Source of the DNA: Planctomycetota bacterium
Lineage (GTDB): Bacteria > Planctomycetota > SZUA-567 > H5-PLA8
Assembly: GCA_038227875.1 (NCBI GenBank)
Contig: JBBRPR010000028.1
Location: 32,001 to 96,000, forward strand
Length of the DNA: 64,000 bases
Direction of reading: 5' to 3'
Positions within the stretch are counted from its first letter, which is position 1. Each line of letters begins with the position of its first letter. Both the position numbers and the translations under genes were made by a program. Of the stretch, positions 27,439 to 37,273 are shown piece by piece. The notes under the pieces are model-generated. The model did no database searches. It had not been told where the DNA came from and saw only the letters and a list, made by a program, of their open reading frames with translations.

Positions 27439-28812
27439 ATGCCCGGTCGCACTGTCGTTCTGAAATCGATGGCTCTGGTTCTGATGCTGCTGGCCGTCGG
27501 CGCGCGCGCCGCGGATACGTCCGCGCCCTCGGCGACGCTCACCAGCGCCCCGAACGTGAACAATTCCAACGCGGCCAGCTACTCGTCCTCGCCTTACCTC
27601 TTTACGGTCACGTACTCTGACGACACCGCCATCGATGCGACGACGTTTGGCAACGATAATATTCTCGTCTCCGGAGCCAAAGGCTCGACGACGCTGGCGA
27701 CGTTCGTCTCCGCGACGCCGGCCGGCAACGGCACGCCGATCATCGCCACGTATCAGTTCTCGCCCCCCGGCGGCGTGACGAATTTCGGCAACGACGACGC
27801 GTACTCGATTTCCATTCAGCCCACGCAGGTGAAGGACACCTCCGCCAAACCCGTGCCCACTGGCAAGCTCGGCGCATTCACGATCAGCATTCTCACCATC
27901 ACCAGCGCGCCCACCGCAACCCCGATGACCGTACAGACCGGCCAGACGGTGCAGTTCGTCGCCGCCGCGTCCGGTCTGGGCAACCTGACCTATACGTGGG
28001 ATTTCAGGGATGGCATCACGACTACCGGAACGCCGAGCCTGACGGGCACGACCAACACCACCAGCCACGTCTATCTGGTGACCGGCACGTTTCCGGTCCA
28101 ACTGACGGTCTCTGATGCGTTTGGCCAGAGCGTCACCGACACGGTGACGGTCACGGTGACCACGAACACCGGCACCAATCCCGGCACGCCAGGAACGCCC
28201 GGGGTGCCCGTGGCTGGCGCGGAAGATCCCGATGCGGATGCCGACGCTGACGGCTTCAACAACGGCATCGAAACCGCGCTGGGCAGCGACGCGCTGAACC
28301 CCGCCTCGACGCCATTTTCGCTGAAAGCCAACCCGTTGCCCAACGGCGTCTTCTACATCAACCACCTGATCGTGAACCTGGTCTTCAACAAGGCCAGCAG
28401 CGACCAGATTTACATGACCGGAACGCTGCAGCGCACGAAACAATTCGTGTTCAATCAGACCACGGTGATTGTGGACATCGGCCACGTGGTCCGCGCGTTT
28501 CAGCTCGATTCCGGCGGCTCGGCGGTGAATTCGGTTTTCTCCAACGGCCAGGTGAATTCGATCGACGACTCGCTGGTGTTGAAGCGGCAGAAGAACGGCA
28601 AGAAGGTGAATTTTCAACTGCGCATCGGCAACGGCAATTTCCAGAAGCAGTTTGCGTCTGAAAAGACACCCGACCAGGTCCTGACGCTCGACCCCGGCAA
28701 GACGCACATCCGCAATGTCCGCGCGACAATCTATATCAACAACTTCGTCTTCCAGACCACCAACAAGGCGCGTTACTTCGTCAACGACATGCAGGGAAAA
28801 TACGGGCGCTGA
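27439..28812 (+). CDS. Secreted PKD-domain protein with a DxDxDG Ca-binding motif
   Basis: Signal peptide ending ARA, Thr-rich Ig-like domain, PKD YTWDFRDG...VQLTVSD, and DADADGFNNGIE...DALNPAS. Confidence 0.8.
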   Translation: MPGRTVVLKSMALVLMLLAVGARAADTSAPSATLTSAPNVNNSNAASYSSSPYLFTVTYSDDTAIDATTFGNDNILVSGAKGSTTLATFVSATPAGNGTPIIATYQFSPPGGVTNFGNDDAYSISIQPTQVKDTSAKPVPTGKLGAFTISILTITSAPTATPMTVQTGQTVQFVAAASGLGNLTYTWDFRDGITTTGTPSLTGTTNTTSHVYLVTGTFPVQLTVSDAFGQSVTDTVTVTVTTNTGTNPGTPGTPGVPVAGAEDPDADADADGFNNGIETALGSDALNPASTPFSLKANPLPNGVFYINHLIVNLVFNKASSDQIYMTGTLQRTKQFVFNQTTVIVDIGHVVRAFQLDSGGSAVNSVFSNGQVNSIDDSLVLKRQKNGKKVNFQLRIGNGNFQKQFASEKTPDQVLTLDPGKTHIRNVRATIYINNFVFQTTNKARYFVNDMQGKYGR

Positions 28813-28831
28813 TATCAGCGCTCGCGTGGCC

Positions 28832-29518
28832 ATGATCCCGCACCGGTACTACACGCCGTCGCCTCCCGCTCCACCTCCGCCGCCCGACCGTTCACTGCAG
28901 ACGTTCAATCTCGTTACGCGCATCGGCTTGGTGCTCCTGGCCGTCGGTTTTCTCTGGTTCGTCAAAGCATTCGTGTGGCCGGAAAGCCGGGTGCGCCACG
29001 CGCCGGGAATCCTCGTCGCCGCTGAGCCTGAACAGAAGGACGTGAAGCCGCCAAAATCGTGGGACGCCAACGGCTATCACATTACCGCGCTGGCGAGCTA
29101 CTCCGTCGAAGCCGAAGTGCTCTCGAAAGCGCGTTACTACATGGGCCGAGAATGCGATCTTTCGCCGGTGGATTTCGCACTGGGCTGGGGGCGCATGTCC
29201 GATCAGGCGCTGCTCGACAAGCTGGAGATTTCGCAGAGCGGCCGCTGGTACAACTACCATTGGGACAGCGCGCCGCCGGCCGATCAGCAGGAGATCGTCC
29301 AGCACAGCGCCAATACGCACCTGCTTCCCGCCACGCCCGCGATCAGGGCGCAGTTGCTCGCCGTCCGGCCCGGCAGCATCGTGAAACTGCAGGGGTATCT
29401 GATTTCCGCGACCGGCAGTGATGGCTGGTCGTGGGCCAGTTCGCTCTCGCGCTACGACACCGGCAACGGCAGTTGCGAAGTGATGTGGGTCGAGAGCGTC
29501 AGCGCGCGGGATCAGTGA
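28832..29518 (+). CDS. Conserved membrane-anchored hypothetical protein
   Basis: Start MIPHRYY, one TM helix, and SPVDFALGWG, SANTHLLPA and GSCEV motifs. Confidence 0.7.
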   Translation: MIPHRYYTPSPPAPPPPPDRSLQTFNLVTRIGLVLLAVGFLWFVKAFVWPESRVRHAPGILVAAEPEQKDVKPPKSWDANGYHITALASYSVEAEVLSKARYYMGRECDLSPVDFALGWGRMSDQALLDKLEISQSGRWYNYHWDSAPPADQQEIVQHSANTHLLPATPAIRAQLLAVRPGSIVKLQGYLISATGSDGWSWASSLSRYDTGNGSCEVMWVESVSARDQ

Positions 29519-29551
29519 CGGTAGCGTAGCGTAGGACCAATTGGTCGGACC

Positions 29552-30418
29552 CTAGCGCAAATTTGCGCCAGGGTTGCTCCCGCCGGTCAGGCTGCGCCGC
29601 ACCCCTTCGCGATAGGCGCGGGGACTGACGCCGCAACGCTGCTTGAACAAGCGGCTGAAATGAAACACGTCGCGGTGCCCGACCCGTCCGGCGATCTCCT
29701 TGATCGGCGCGTCGGTTTCGAGCAGGAGCTGCTGCGCCGCCTGGATCCGCTGGCGCTGAACGTAATGCTGCGGCGCGAAGCCCGTGATCTGTTTGAAGAC
29801 TGCGTGAAAACGCGATTCGGAAAGATGCATCGCGCGCGCCAGCCGAGCCAGGCTGATCGCGCCGTCGAGCTGCTCGCGGATCAGCGTCAGCGCCGGCATT
29901 AGCCGCTGGAGCGCGTCGAAGGCTTTGGCGCCCGACGGCGATTCCGTCGAGACTTCCAGCAGCGTCGCTAGCAATTCAAAACCGAGCGCTTTGCGCTGGA
30001 TGCGCTGGCGGACATCCAGCGAGGGCAGAAACAGCGCCGCGAGGTCCGTGTTGATGCGCCCGATGCGCTCGGCCGCACTGCCGCGGATCAGCACGGGGAC
30101 ATCGAAGAGCGTCAACACGTCGATGCAGCCGAAGATCAGAAAATTCATGTGCGAGAAACGGCTGTACCCGGCCGTGTTGCCTGCCAGGCCGACGTGATGT
30201 TCGACGCTCTGCCGCACGAACACCGCTGAACCCCTCGGCGTGCGTACCATCCTGTCGCGCAATTCCACGTAGGCCGGATAATCCGTCTGAGCGCAGACGG
30301 CGAACGGCAGCAGCCGCCAGCCCATCGAATGCGGCGGATGGACTAGCAGCACGCCGCCGCTGTGGTAGCTGAAGTTCAGCGTGCGTTCGAGCTCCTCCAT
30401 CAGCTTGAGATCGGCCAT
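29552..30418 (-). CDS. AraC-family transcriptional regulator
   Basis: C-terminal double HTH (LSESRFHAVFK...FHFSRLFKQRCGVSPRAYR). Confidence 0.92.
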   Translation of the reverse strand: MADLKLMEELERTLNFSYHSGGVLLVHPPHSMGWRLLPFAVCAQTDYPAYVELRDRMVRTPRGSAVFVRQSVEHHVGLAGNTAGYSRFSHMNFLIFGCIDVLTLFDVPVLIRGSAAERIGRINTDLAALFLPSLDVRQRIQRKALGFELLATLLEVSTESPSGAKAFDALQRLMPALTLIREQLDGAISLARLARAMHLSESRFHAVFKQITGFAPQHYVQRQRIQAAQQLLLETDAPIKEIAGRVGHRDVFHFSRLFKQRCGVSPRAYREGVRRSLTGGSNPGANLR

Positions 30419-30556
30419 CTTAAAACCTCAATGCACCATCGGCAGTGGATTCCGACATGCAGACAGTAATCGCCGCTATAGCTAAGCGTTCATTCTCGGA
30501 GTAAATATACACACGTCGTTCAGAAAACACATCTCAAACCGGAGACCGATGAAGTC

Positions 30557-31204
30557 ATGAAAACAGCACAGCACACGACGGAGATCATGGAACGCGGCTA
30601 CTGCGCGCTCGAAGGTCTTTTCACGCCGGATGAACTTCAGGAAATGCGCGACCGGCTCGGCGCGTTCTACCGCGCGCAAGGCTCGCCGCCGATGAAGGGC
30701 TTTGGCTTCAATATCCATCCGCTGCTCCCGCGCATTCCGGAGTTGAAGCGCTTTCTGATCAACCCAGTGCTGATGCAGACGCTCGACGACATTTTCGGCG
30801 AGGAGGCGGTGCTGAAACACGGCGGCGCGCGCATGTCCGACCAGAATTGCGACGCGGCGATCGGCTGGCACGATCATTACTCATGGGATCCGTCGCACAT
30901 TCCGCAGCGCACCCGTTGCGAACGGCTGCTGGCTGGAATTTACGTCGACGGCTCGAACGCGAAGTCCGGTCCGCTCACGGCCGTTCCGCGCCGCTTCAAC
31001 GAACCGCTGGGCATCGCGCCCGTCGGCGACGACCCGCGCGAAGTCGCCGTCGATTGTCCGCCGGGCACAATGGTGATTTTCGACACGGCACTCTGGCACC
31101 GCGCCAAGCGCGGCAGCGCGCCGGCGATTCGCCATCTCTTCGGCGCGCATTACATGCCGCTGAGCGATAAGCGCGCGCATCCGGAAGACAACGACGTCGG
31201 GTAG
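30557..31204 (+). CDS. PhyH-family Fe(II)/2OG dioxygenase-like protein with HxH motif
   Basis: ERGYCALEGLF, GWHDH, GPLTAVP, GTMVIFDTALWHR and RH. Confidence 0.8.
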   Translation: MKTAQHTTEIMERGYCALEGLFTPDELQEMRDRLGAFYRAQGSPPMKGFGFNIHPLLPRIPELKRFLINPVLMQTLDDIFGEEAVLKHGGARMSDQNCDAAIGWHDHYSWDPSHIPQRTRCERLLAGIYVDGSNAKSGPLTAVPRRFNEPLGIAPVGDDPREVAVDCPPGTMVIFDTALWHRAKRGSAPAIRHLFGAHYMPLSDKRAHPEDNDVG

Positions 31205-31230
31205 CGAATTGATCGACCAGCCTCGCGGCT

Positions 31231-32064
31231 CTACACAAACGCGCCTGCTGTCTGCGCGCGGTATTGCCGGGGGCTCAAGCCGCATTTCTTCTTGAAGATG
31301 CGGCTGAAAAACAGCGCGTCATGCTGGCCGACGCTCGCCGCGATTTCACCAATGGAAAGATCGGTACGGATCAGCAGTTCCTGAGCTTTGCGCATCCGCA
31401 TGCGCAGGATGTACTGCTGCGGCGCGAGGCCCGTGCCTTCGCGGAAGACAGCGTGGAAGCGCGCGACGGACAGATGCGCGCGGCGCGCCAGGTCTTCGAC
31501 ACGGATGCGCTTGCCGGTGTTCTGATGAATGTAGGTCAGCACCGGCAGCAGGCGCTGCGTGTCGCGCACCAGCGGGTTGGTCTCACGCCACCGCGAGACG
31601 CTGGCGATGGTATCGAGCATCGAGAAGCCGAGAACTTTGCGGCGTGCGATCGGCTTTAGAGTCAGCGAGGACTCGCGCGCAAGCTGCGCGAGTTCCGTGT
31701 TGATTTCGCCCAACCGCGCAGCGGCAACGTCGTAGACCAGCAACGGCGTGTCGAGCAGCAGAAACAAATCGATGCCGCCGAAGACCGTGAAGGTCGTGCA
31801 TGACCATCGGCTCACGCCGCGTTTGGACAACAGCGTGCAGTTGTGGTGAATGCCCGGCGCGACGCAGATCGCGCTGCTTTTGTGGCCCAACAGCTTGCCG
31901 CGCCCCGCGACTTCGAGCATGCCCTTCGAATCGGTACTCGCGGTGACGAGATACGGGAGCGTGCGCCAACCGGTTGTGTGCGGTGCGATCATCTCCGTCA
32001 CGTCGCCGTGATGGTACGTGAATTCCAGCGTGCTCTCGATGATCTTGATCAACTCAGCGTGCAT
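31231..32064 (-). CDS. AraC-family transcriptional regulator, paralog of 29552..30418
   Basis: HTH LSVARFHAVFR...FFSRIFKKKCGLSPRQYR. Its N-terminus resembles that of the neighbouring AraC. Confidence 0.92.
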   Translation of the reverse strand: MHAELIKIIESTLEFTYHHGDVTEMIAPHTTGWRTLPYLVTASTDSKGMLEVAGRGKLLGHKSSAICVAPGIHHNCTLLSKRGVSRWSCTTFTVFGGIDLFLLLDTPLLVYDVAAARLGEINTELAQLARESSLTLKPIARRKVLGFSMLDTIASVSRWRETNPLVRDTQRLLPVLTYIHQNTGKRIRVEDLARRAHLSVARFHAVFREGTGLAPQQYILRMRMRKAQELLIRTDLSIGEIAASVGQHDALFFSRIFKKKCGLSPRQYRAQTAGAFV

Positions 32065-32191
32065 GCGCTGCACCTCAAACAATAGAAAAGTCCATATACA
32101 CACGAGTCCGCACCATAGCTAACATATTTTCGATGCGATATCTTATCTCCAGTACGTTCTCAACCAACAATTCTGTGGAGACTATCGAGAT

Positions 32192-33100
32192 ATGAGCTAC
32201 GCCGCTGTCGAAGACGCGCCTGTTGCGCCTGCCCTCAAAGCCAAGCGCCATCCCTACGCATTGAACGAAGAACAATTGGCCTTCTTCGCCGCGAATGGAT
32301 ACCTGCATCTCCGCGGCGTATTGGAACCGGCCGAACTGGCGGCGGTGCGCGAGGCGGAAACGCGCGTCACAGGTCCGGCGATGACGCTGCCGCTGAAAAG
32401 TCCCGACTACAAATACCACACCGATCCGGAAACCGGCCGCCCGGTACTGTTTCGCGTCGAAGTACTGCAGCAGAAGGATCCGGTGATAATGAAGCTGCAC
32501 GGCAACCCGCGCATCCTCGCGATCATGCAGTCGATTTTCGGAGCGGATTTTCTGCCCTTCAGTTTCAACATGGTTTTCAAAGCGCCGGGCTTCGGACCCA
32601 GCGTGCCGTGGCATCGCGACCCGGCGTACTGCCGGATCGATCACGGCATCAATTGCGGCATCTACCTCGACGACGCCGATGCGGAAAACGGCATGATCTC
32701 CGTAATGCCCGGCAGCCACAAACGTGCGTCGCGGATCCAATTGCAGGATGCCATCCACGAGCACGGTTTCAATCTTCCCGGCGCGGTTCCCGTTCCCGCA
32801 AAGGCCGGCGATCTGGTCATCCACAACGAGAACGTGCTCCACGGTTCGCGCACCGTCCGCAGCCAGCGGCAGCGGCGGGTGATCTATTACGGCGCCCGCT
32901 CGATCCGCGAACAGCTCGCGCGCGGCCTGGACATAAATTGGTGCAAGAGCGTTGGCCGCATCGCGAAATTCACGACGCGCCTGCGCAGCCGCAGTCCGGA
33001 ATTCGCGCACGAAATCCCGTTCGACTGGAAACCCGACCGCGAAGATTGCCGCGTCGCGATTGGCGAAGACGAGTACGTGGAATTTCGGCTGATCGAGTAA
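32192..33100 (+). CDS. PhyH-family Fe(II)/2OG dioxygenase
   Basis: FFAANGYL, PWHRD, ENGMISVMPGSH, AGDLVIH and LHGS...RR. Confidence 0.9.
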   Translation: MSYAAVEDAPVAPALKAKRHPYALNEEQLAFFAANGYLHLRGVLEPAELAAVREAETRVTGPAMTLPLKSPDYKYHTDPETGRPVLFRVEVLQQKDPVIMKLHGNPRILAIMQSIFGADFLPFSFNMVFKAPGFGPSVPWHRDPAYCRIDHGINCGIYLDDADAENGMISVMPGSHKRASRIQLQDAIHEHGFNLPGAVPVPAKAGDLVIHNENVLHGSRTVRSQRQRRVIYYGARSIREQLARGLDINWCKSVGRIAKFTTRLRSRSPEFAHEIPFDWKPDREDCRVAIGEDEYVEFRLIE

Positions 33101-33110
33101 CGCGGCGCTT

Positions 33111-33294
33111 TTTGTAGTCCGGGCGTCTCGCCCGGTCTAACCTCGTCACATGCGAGTTGGAGAATTCGTTCGATGGACGTTGCTCTCTTGCGAAGCAACA
33201 GCCGGTTGCTCTCGCGGTGGAATACGCATTAATCGAGTAGGTCATTTATCTAACTTGGGTGAGGTTGGACCGGGCGGGACGCCCGGACTACAAA
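33111..33294. repeat. GTAG-type REP inverted doublet (REPIN/MITE-like), about 180 bp
   Basis: Terminal inverted repeats TTTGTAGTCCGGGCGTCYCGCCCGGTCYAACCTC. Internal motifs are shared with 59822..60005. Confidence 0.85.
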
Positions 33295-33384
33295 GGGCGC
33301 CCCACTACTTGCTTTGACCCATGATCTCCTTCGTATAGGCTGAAGTCCCTGAAGGCTCGGCCTCTCCGGAGATTTCATTCTATC

Positions 33385-34911
33385 ATGGCTGCAAACACCG
33401 CCCGTCCGCGCACCCTCGGCGAATTGAAAAAGACCGGCTATAAACACCAGACCGTGCGCCAGGAATTGCGCACCAATCTGCTCGCCGCGCTGCGCGAAAA
33501 GCGGCCGATTTTCCCGGGAATCATCGGCTTCGACAAGACTGTCATCCCGCAGGTCGTCAACGCCGTCCTCGCCAATCACGATTTCATTCTGCTCGGCCTG
33601 CGCGGCCAGGCCAAGACGCGCATGGCCCGCCAGCTCACCGATTTTCTCGACCCGGAAATCCCCGTCCTCACCGGCTTCCCCCTGAATGAAGACCCGCTCG
33701 CGCCCATCACCAACAGCGCCAAGACGCACATCGCTGCCAACGGCGATCAGACCGAGATCCACTGGCTGGCGCGCGACGAACGCTACCGCGAGAAACTCGC
33801 CACGCCCGACGTCACCATCGCCGACCTCATCGGCGACATCGATCCGATCAAGGCCGCCAACAAGCGCCTCGATTACGCCAGCGAAGAGGTGATCCACTAC
33901 GGCATCATCCCGCGCACCAACCGCGGCATCTTCTGCATCAACGAACTGCCCGACCTGCCCGCGCGCATCCAGGTCGGTCTGCTCAACATCATGCAGGAAC
34001 GCGACATTCAAATCCGCGGTTTTCCCGTGCGCCTGCCGATGGACCTGCTGATCGTTTACACCGCCAACCCGGAAGACTACACCAACCGCGGCAGCATCAT
34101 CACGCCGCTGAAGGACCGCATCGACAGCCAGATCATGACGCACTACCCGTCGGATCTGAAGGACGCGATGCGCATCACCGATCAGGAAGCGTGGATCCAC
34201 CGCGGCACCGTGAAGGTATCCATTCCGCAATACCTGCGCGAAGCCGTCGAAGACGTCGCGTTCCAGGCGCGCAAAAGCGAGTTTCTCGATCAGAGCTCCG
34301 GCGTGAGCGCGCGGTTGTCGATCACGCTCCTGGAATCGGTCGTGAGCAGCGCCGAACGCCGCGCGGTGATCTGCGGCGAAGCGGAAGTCGCCGTGCGGCC
34401 CATCGATCTTCAGGCCGCCGTCAGCGCGGTGACCGGCAAGGTGGAACTCGTTTACGAAGGCGAACAGGAAGGCGCGCTCAATGTCGCGCGACATCTTATC
34501 GGCCGATCGTTGAAGAACGCCTTCGACCGCGCGCTACCCGACGCGTACAAGGCGACGAAAGAAGACGCGTCGTTCGGGCCGTACAAGACGATCATCAGTT
34601 ATTTCGCGAAGGGCAAGAAGGTCGAGCTCGCCGACGACATGCCGACTCCCGCGGTGCTCAAAGCGCTGCGGCAGGTCGACGGGCTTGAAGAGCTGACCAA
34701 GCGCCACATCACCGCGCAGAGCGAGTCGCTCGACTTGGCCGCGGCGATGGAATTCGTGCTCGAAGGTCTCCATCAGTCACGCGTGCTGGCCAAGGACGAA
34801 CTGGATGGCCACACGCATTACCGCGACATGCTCGGCAGCATGTTTGAGGGCATGGATCAGGGCAAGCCGCCGAAGCCGCCGCGCGAACGCGGCCGTCCGC
34901 GCGACGAATGA
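33385..34911 (+). CDS. Mg-chelatase-subunit-I-like/MoxR-related AAA+ ATPase
   Basis: Walker A GLRGQAKT, GDIDPIKA, INELPDL, TANPEDYTNRG and GVSARL. Confidence 0.85.
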   Translation: MAANTARPRTLGELKKTGYKHQTVRQELRTNLLAALREKRPIFPGIIGFDKTVIPQVVNAVLANHDFILLGLRGQAKTRMARQLTDFLDPEIPVLTGFPLNEDPLAPITNSAKTHIAANGDQTEIHWLARDERYREKLATPDVTIADLIGDIDPIKAANKRLDYASEEVIHYGIIPRTNRGIFCINELPDLPARIQVGLLNIMQERDIQIRGFPVRLPMDLLIVYTANPEDYTNRGSIITPLKDRIDSQIMTHYPSDLKDAMRITDQEAWIHRGTVKVSIPQYLREAVEDVAFQARKSEFLDQSSGVSARLSITLLESVVSSAERRAVICGEAEVAVRPIDLQAAVSAVTGKVELVYEGEQEGALNVARHLIGRSLKNAFDRALPDAYKATKEDASFGPYKTIISYFAKGKKVELADDMPTPAVLKALRQVDGLEELTKRHITAQSESLDLAAAMEFVLEGLHQSRVLAKDELDGHTHYRDMLGSMFEGMDQGKPPKPPRERGRPRDE

Positions 34912-34918
34912 AGCGGCA

Positions 34919-34957
34919 AATTAAAATTCAAAAGTAAAAATTCAAAAACGCACGCGG
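34919..34957 (-). repeat. AT-rich heptamer repeat, inverted homolog of 27280..27320
   Basis: The reverse complement starts CCGCGTGCGTTTTTGAATTTT, 21 nt identical to the 27280 copy. Confidence 0.7.
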
Positions 34958-34979
34958 CTGTCAGTGTGCCGCGGCAAAT

Positions 34980-35136
34980 GTGTGTCAGAAGCAAGCGGCC
35001 GTATGCTTGCTCCCTGCTGTTGTGCGCGTGATTTTCGCGCAAGCGGTTTCGGTTTCACAATCGGAAAGCATGCTTTTGTTCAGTTGGATTGCACTTAGCA
35101 AGGAGCAAGCAAACGGCCGCTTGCTCCTTGGCACAC
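34980..35136. repeat. TGTC-tagged REP-like inverted doublet, family 2
   Basis: GTGTCAGAAGCAAGCGGCCGTATGCTTGCTCCCTGCT ... AGCAAGGAGCAAGCAAACGGCCGCTTGCTCCTTGGCACAC. A homolog lies at 39080..39234. Confidence 0.85.
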
Positions 35137-35152
35137 AGTTGCGCAAGCCGAG

Positions 35153-37021
35153 CTAGCGGCTGCGGCTTTTGGTGGTGTCTTTGGATTTGCCGGTGGTGGT
35201 GAGCGATTTGCCGTCGGAACCTTCTTTGTTGACATTCAGGTCTTCCTGCCAGAGCAGGACGTGATCGTTGACGGCCACGGCGGTAGGGTTGTCACTTAGG
35301 TCCAGGTTGGCGACGACAGAATTCTTGGTCTTGGTCGACAGGTTGATCGTGGACTTGCCCTTGCGAACCACTCGGGCCGTGCCATCTACAACCAACACCT
35401 GCATCGTGCTGGTCAGCGCGTTGATGTTCACATCCACCAGGTCTCCGGAGCTCGCCTGCAGCGTGGTGGAATAATTCACGGTGACATTTCCGCCCTGCGG
35501 AGCGCGGTACGAGATCTCGCCGGAATCGAGCGTCAGGATCGTGTTCACGCCTTTGAGCTGCACGGTGACTTTCGTGCTCTTGTTGATCCACAAACGTCCG
35601 TCGCCGGGAAGTACCAGACCGAGACGCGTTCCGCCGGTGGTGATCGTCGTGTCGGTTGGCAGTTCGGCTTTCAACTGAAATGGCTGATCGGGCGGAAGCG
35701 ACGGCGAAATGGTGACGTCATTGGGCTCGCGAATCACGCCCACCACCATTTTTCCATCGACGGCCGCGACGATGCTGTTGTCCACTGGCGGCGTGGGCGT
35801 CGGCGCGGGATCGGGCGTCTGGGTCGATGGAACAGCTGTAGGATTCACCGACTGCGTGCCCGGATTGATCGAGGTGGCTGCAACCTTTGGGCCTATCGCA
35901 ACGTCGCCAGTGGTCGGCACGACCAGTGGTCCAGTTCCGTTCGGAATGGTGGGAACAATCGGCGGTCCGCCATTCGACTTCGGCTTGGAGTTTTCGACGA
36001 CGGTCTGCTGATCCGGTTCCACAATAGGAGCGGGAGCAGGTGCAGGCGTGACATCGGGTCCGTGTTTGGGTTCAACCGGTGCGGGCGGATACGGCTTGTG
36101 CTGTACCTTGGGCACGAACGGCGTCGGCACGGTTGCGGGCGCTGTGCTGCGTGGTTCGGTCGGCGTGACTGTGTTCGGATTCACCGCGCCATTGGGCGTC
36201 GGCGGCGCGGGCGGAACGTCGCTGGAAAGCGACGGCGCCGGCGGAGTCGGAACGACGCTCTGCGAATTCGGCGCGACCGGCGTAATAGGCGTGATGGGCG
36301 TTTCGTCAGGTGTGATCAGCGGCGCTTCGGGCGGATTCACCGGTGGCACGCGCGGCTGTGGTGGAACCTTGGCGGTGTTGGAGACGCCGTCGTTCAACGC
36401 TTTCAGGCCGAAAATCGTGCCTGCCGAAAAGACAATCGCCGCAGCAACAGCAACCGCCGCACGTAGGATGCGCTTGCGCCACGGGCTTTCCTGCGCGGCG
36501 TAAATGCGCACAGTCGGCGCGCTGGTGTGAAGCTTGATCGCGACGGTTTCATGAGCACCCGGAAGCATCGGCGACAAGGCTTTCGCCGGCAGCTTGGCGC
36601 TCAAACGGTCGATGAGCTTCCGGCCGGCGTTCGCCGATGCGGACAGCTCCGCATTTTTCAAGAAGGAACTCATCGCCCGTAACGATGCCAGTTCGCGCCG
36701 CGCAGCCGGTTGTTCGGAAAGCAGTTGATCGACGGTGGCGCGTTCAACGGAATTCAGATCGCCGGTAATGGAGGCCGCAAGCAGTTCGACCGGCTTGGGC
36801 ATGGAGCCTTCGACGCGGCGCTTGAGTTCGGCCAGCATCGCGGGAGTGACGGGGCGCTGAGCCTGTTTTAGGATCGCGGCGAGCGACTGCAATTCCGCCA
36901 ACTGGTTGCGCAGGGCCGGGTTATTGGCGAGGCGGTGCTCCACGGCCGCGCGCTCGGAGGGCGTAACATCGCCCGCCAGATATGCGGAGAGCAATTCATC
37001 GATGTGCACCTCGTTACTCAT
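35153..37021 (-). CDS. Anti-sigma-like protein: two anti-sigma domains, TM, Pro-rich stalk and FecR-like domain
   Basis: ELLSAYLAGDVTPSERAAVE and ELLAASITGDLNSVERATVD, then a TM helix, a long PT/PA linker and LPGDGRLWINKSTKV...LDSGEI. Confidence 0.8.
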   Translation of the reverse strand: MSNEVHIDELLSAYLAGDVTPSERAAVEHRLANNPALRNQLAELQSLAAILKQAQRPVTPAMLAELKRRVEGSMPKPVELLAASITGDLNSVERATVDQLLSEQPAARRELASLRAMSSFLKNAELSASANAGRKLIDRLSAKLPAKALSPMLPGAHETVAIKLHTSAPTVRIYAAQESPWRKRILRAAVAVAAAIVFSAGTIFGLKALNDGVSNTAKVPPQPRVPPVNPPEAPLITPDETPITPITPVAPNSQSVVPTPPAPSLSSDVPPAPPTPNGAVNPNTVTPTEPRSTAPATVPTPFVPKVQHKPYPPAPVEPKHGPDVTPAPAPAPIVEPDQQTVVENSKPKSNGGPPIVPTIPNGTGPLVVPTTGDVAIGPKVAATSINPGTQSVNPTAVPSTQTPDPAPTPTPPVDNSIVAAVDGKMVVGVIREPNDVTISPSLPPDQPFQLKAELPTDTTITTGGTRLGLVLPGDGRLWINKSTKVTVQLKGVNTILTLDSGEISYRAPQGGNVTVNYSTTLQASSGDLVDVNINALTSTMQVLVVDGTARVVRKGKSTINLSTKTKNSVVANLDLSDNPTAVAVNDHVLLWQEDLNVNKEGSDGKSLTTTGKSKDTTKSRSR

Positions 37022-37273
37022 TGCTTTCCCGCCCACAGAGACACATATAGGTGCGTAATGCCCCCAAGGGGATTACCACACCTTGGTCGGAACTCTCTAG
37101 ATAGGACAGATTATTGGGCTTAGAGCGTCGAGAAAGTTTAAAAAGAAGGTCGAATATGAATGCACATGTGCAGGCCAGAAGGTGTCTGATTCTAACCAGG
37201 GAGCGAATTTGCTCCCGGGTCATGTGAGAAGCTTCGAGGTTGCAAGTCCATCAGGCTTGGTCAGAATGTCCGC

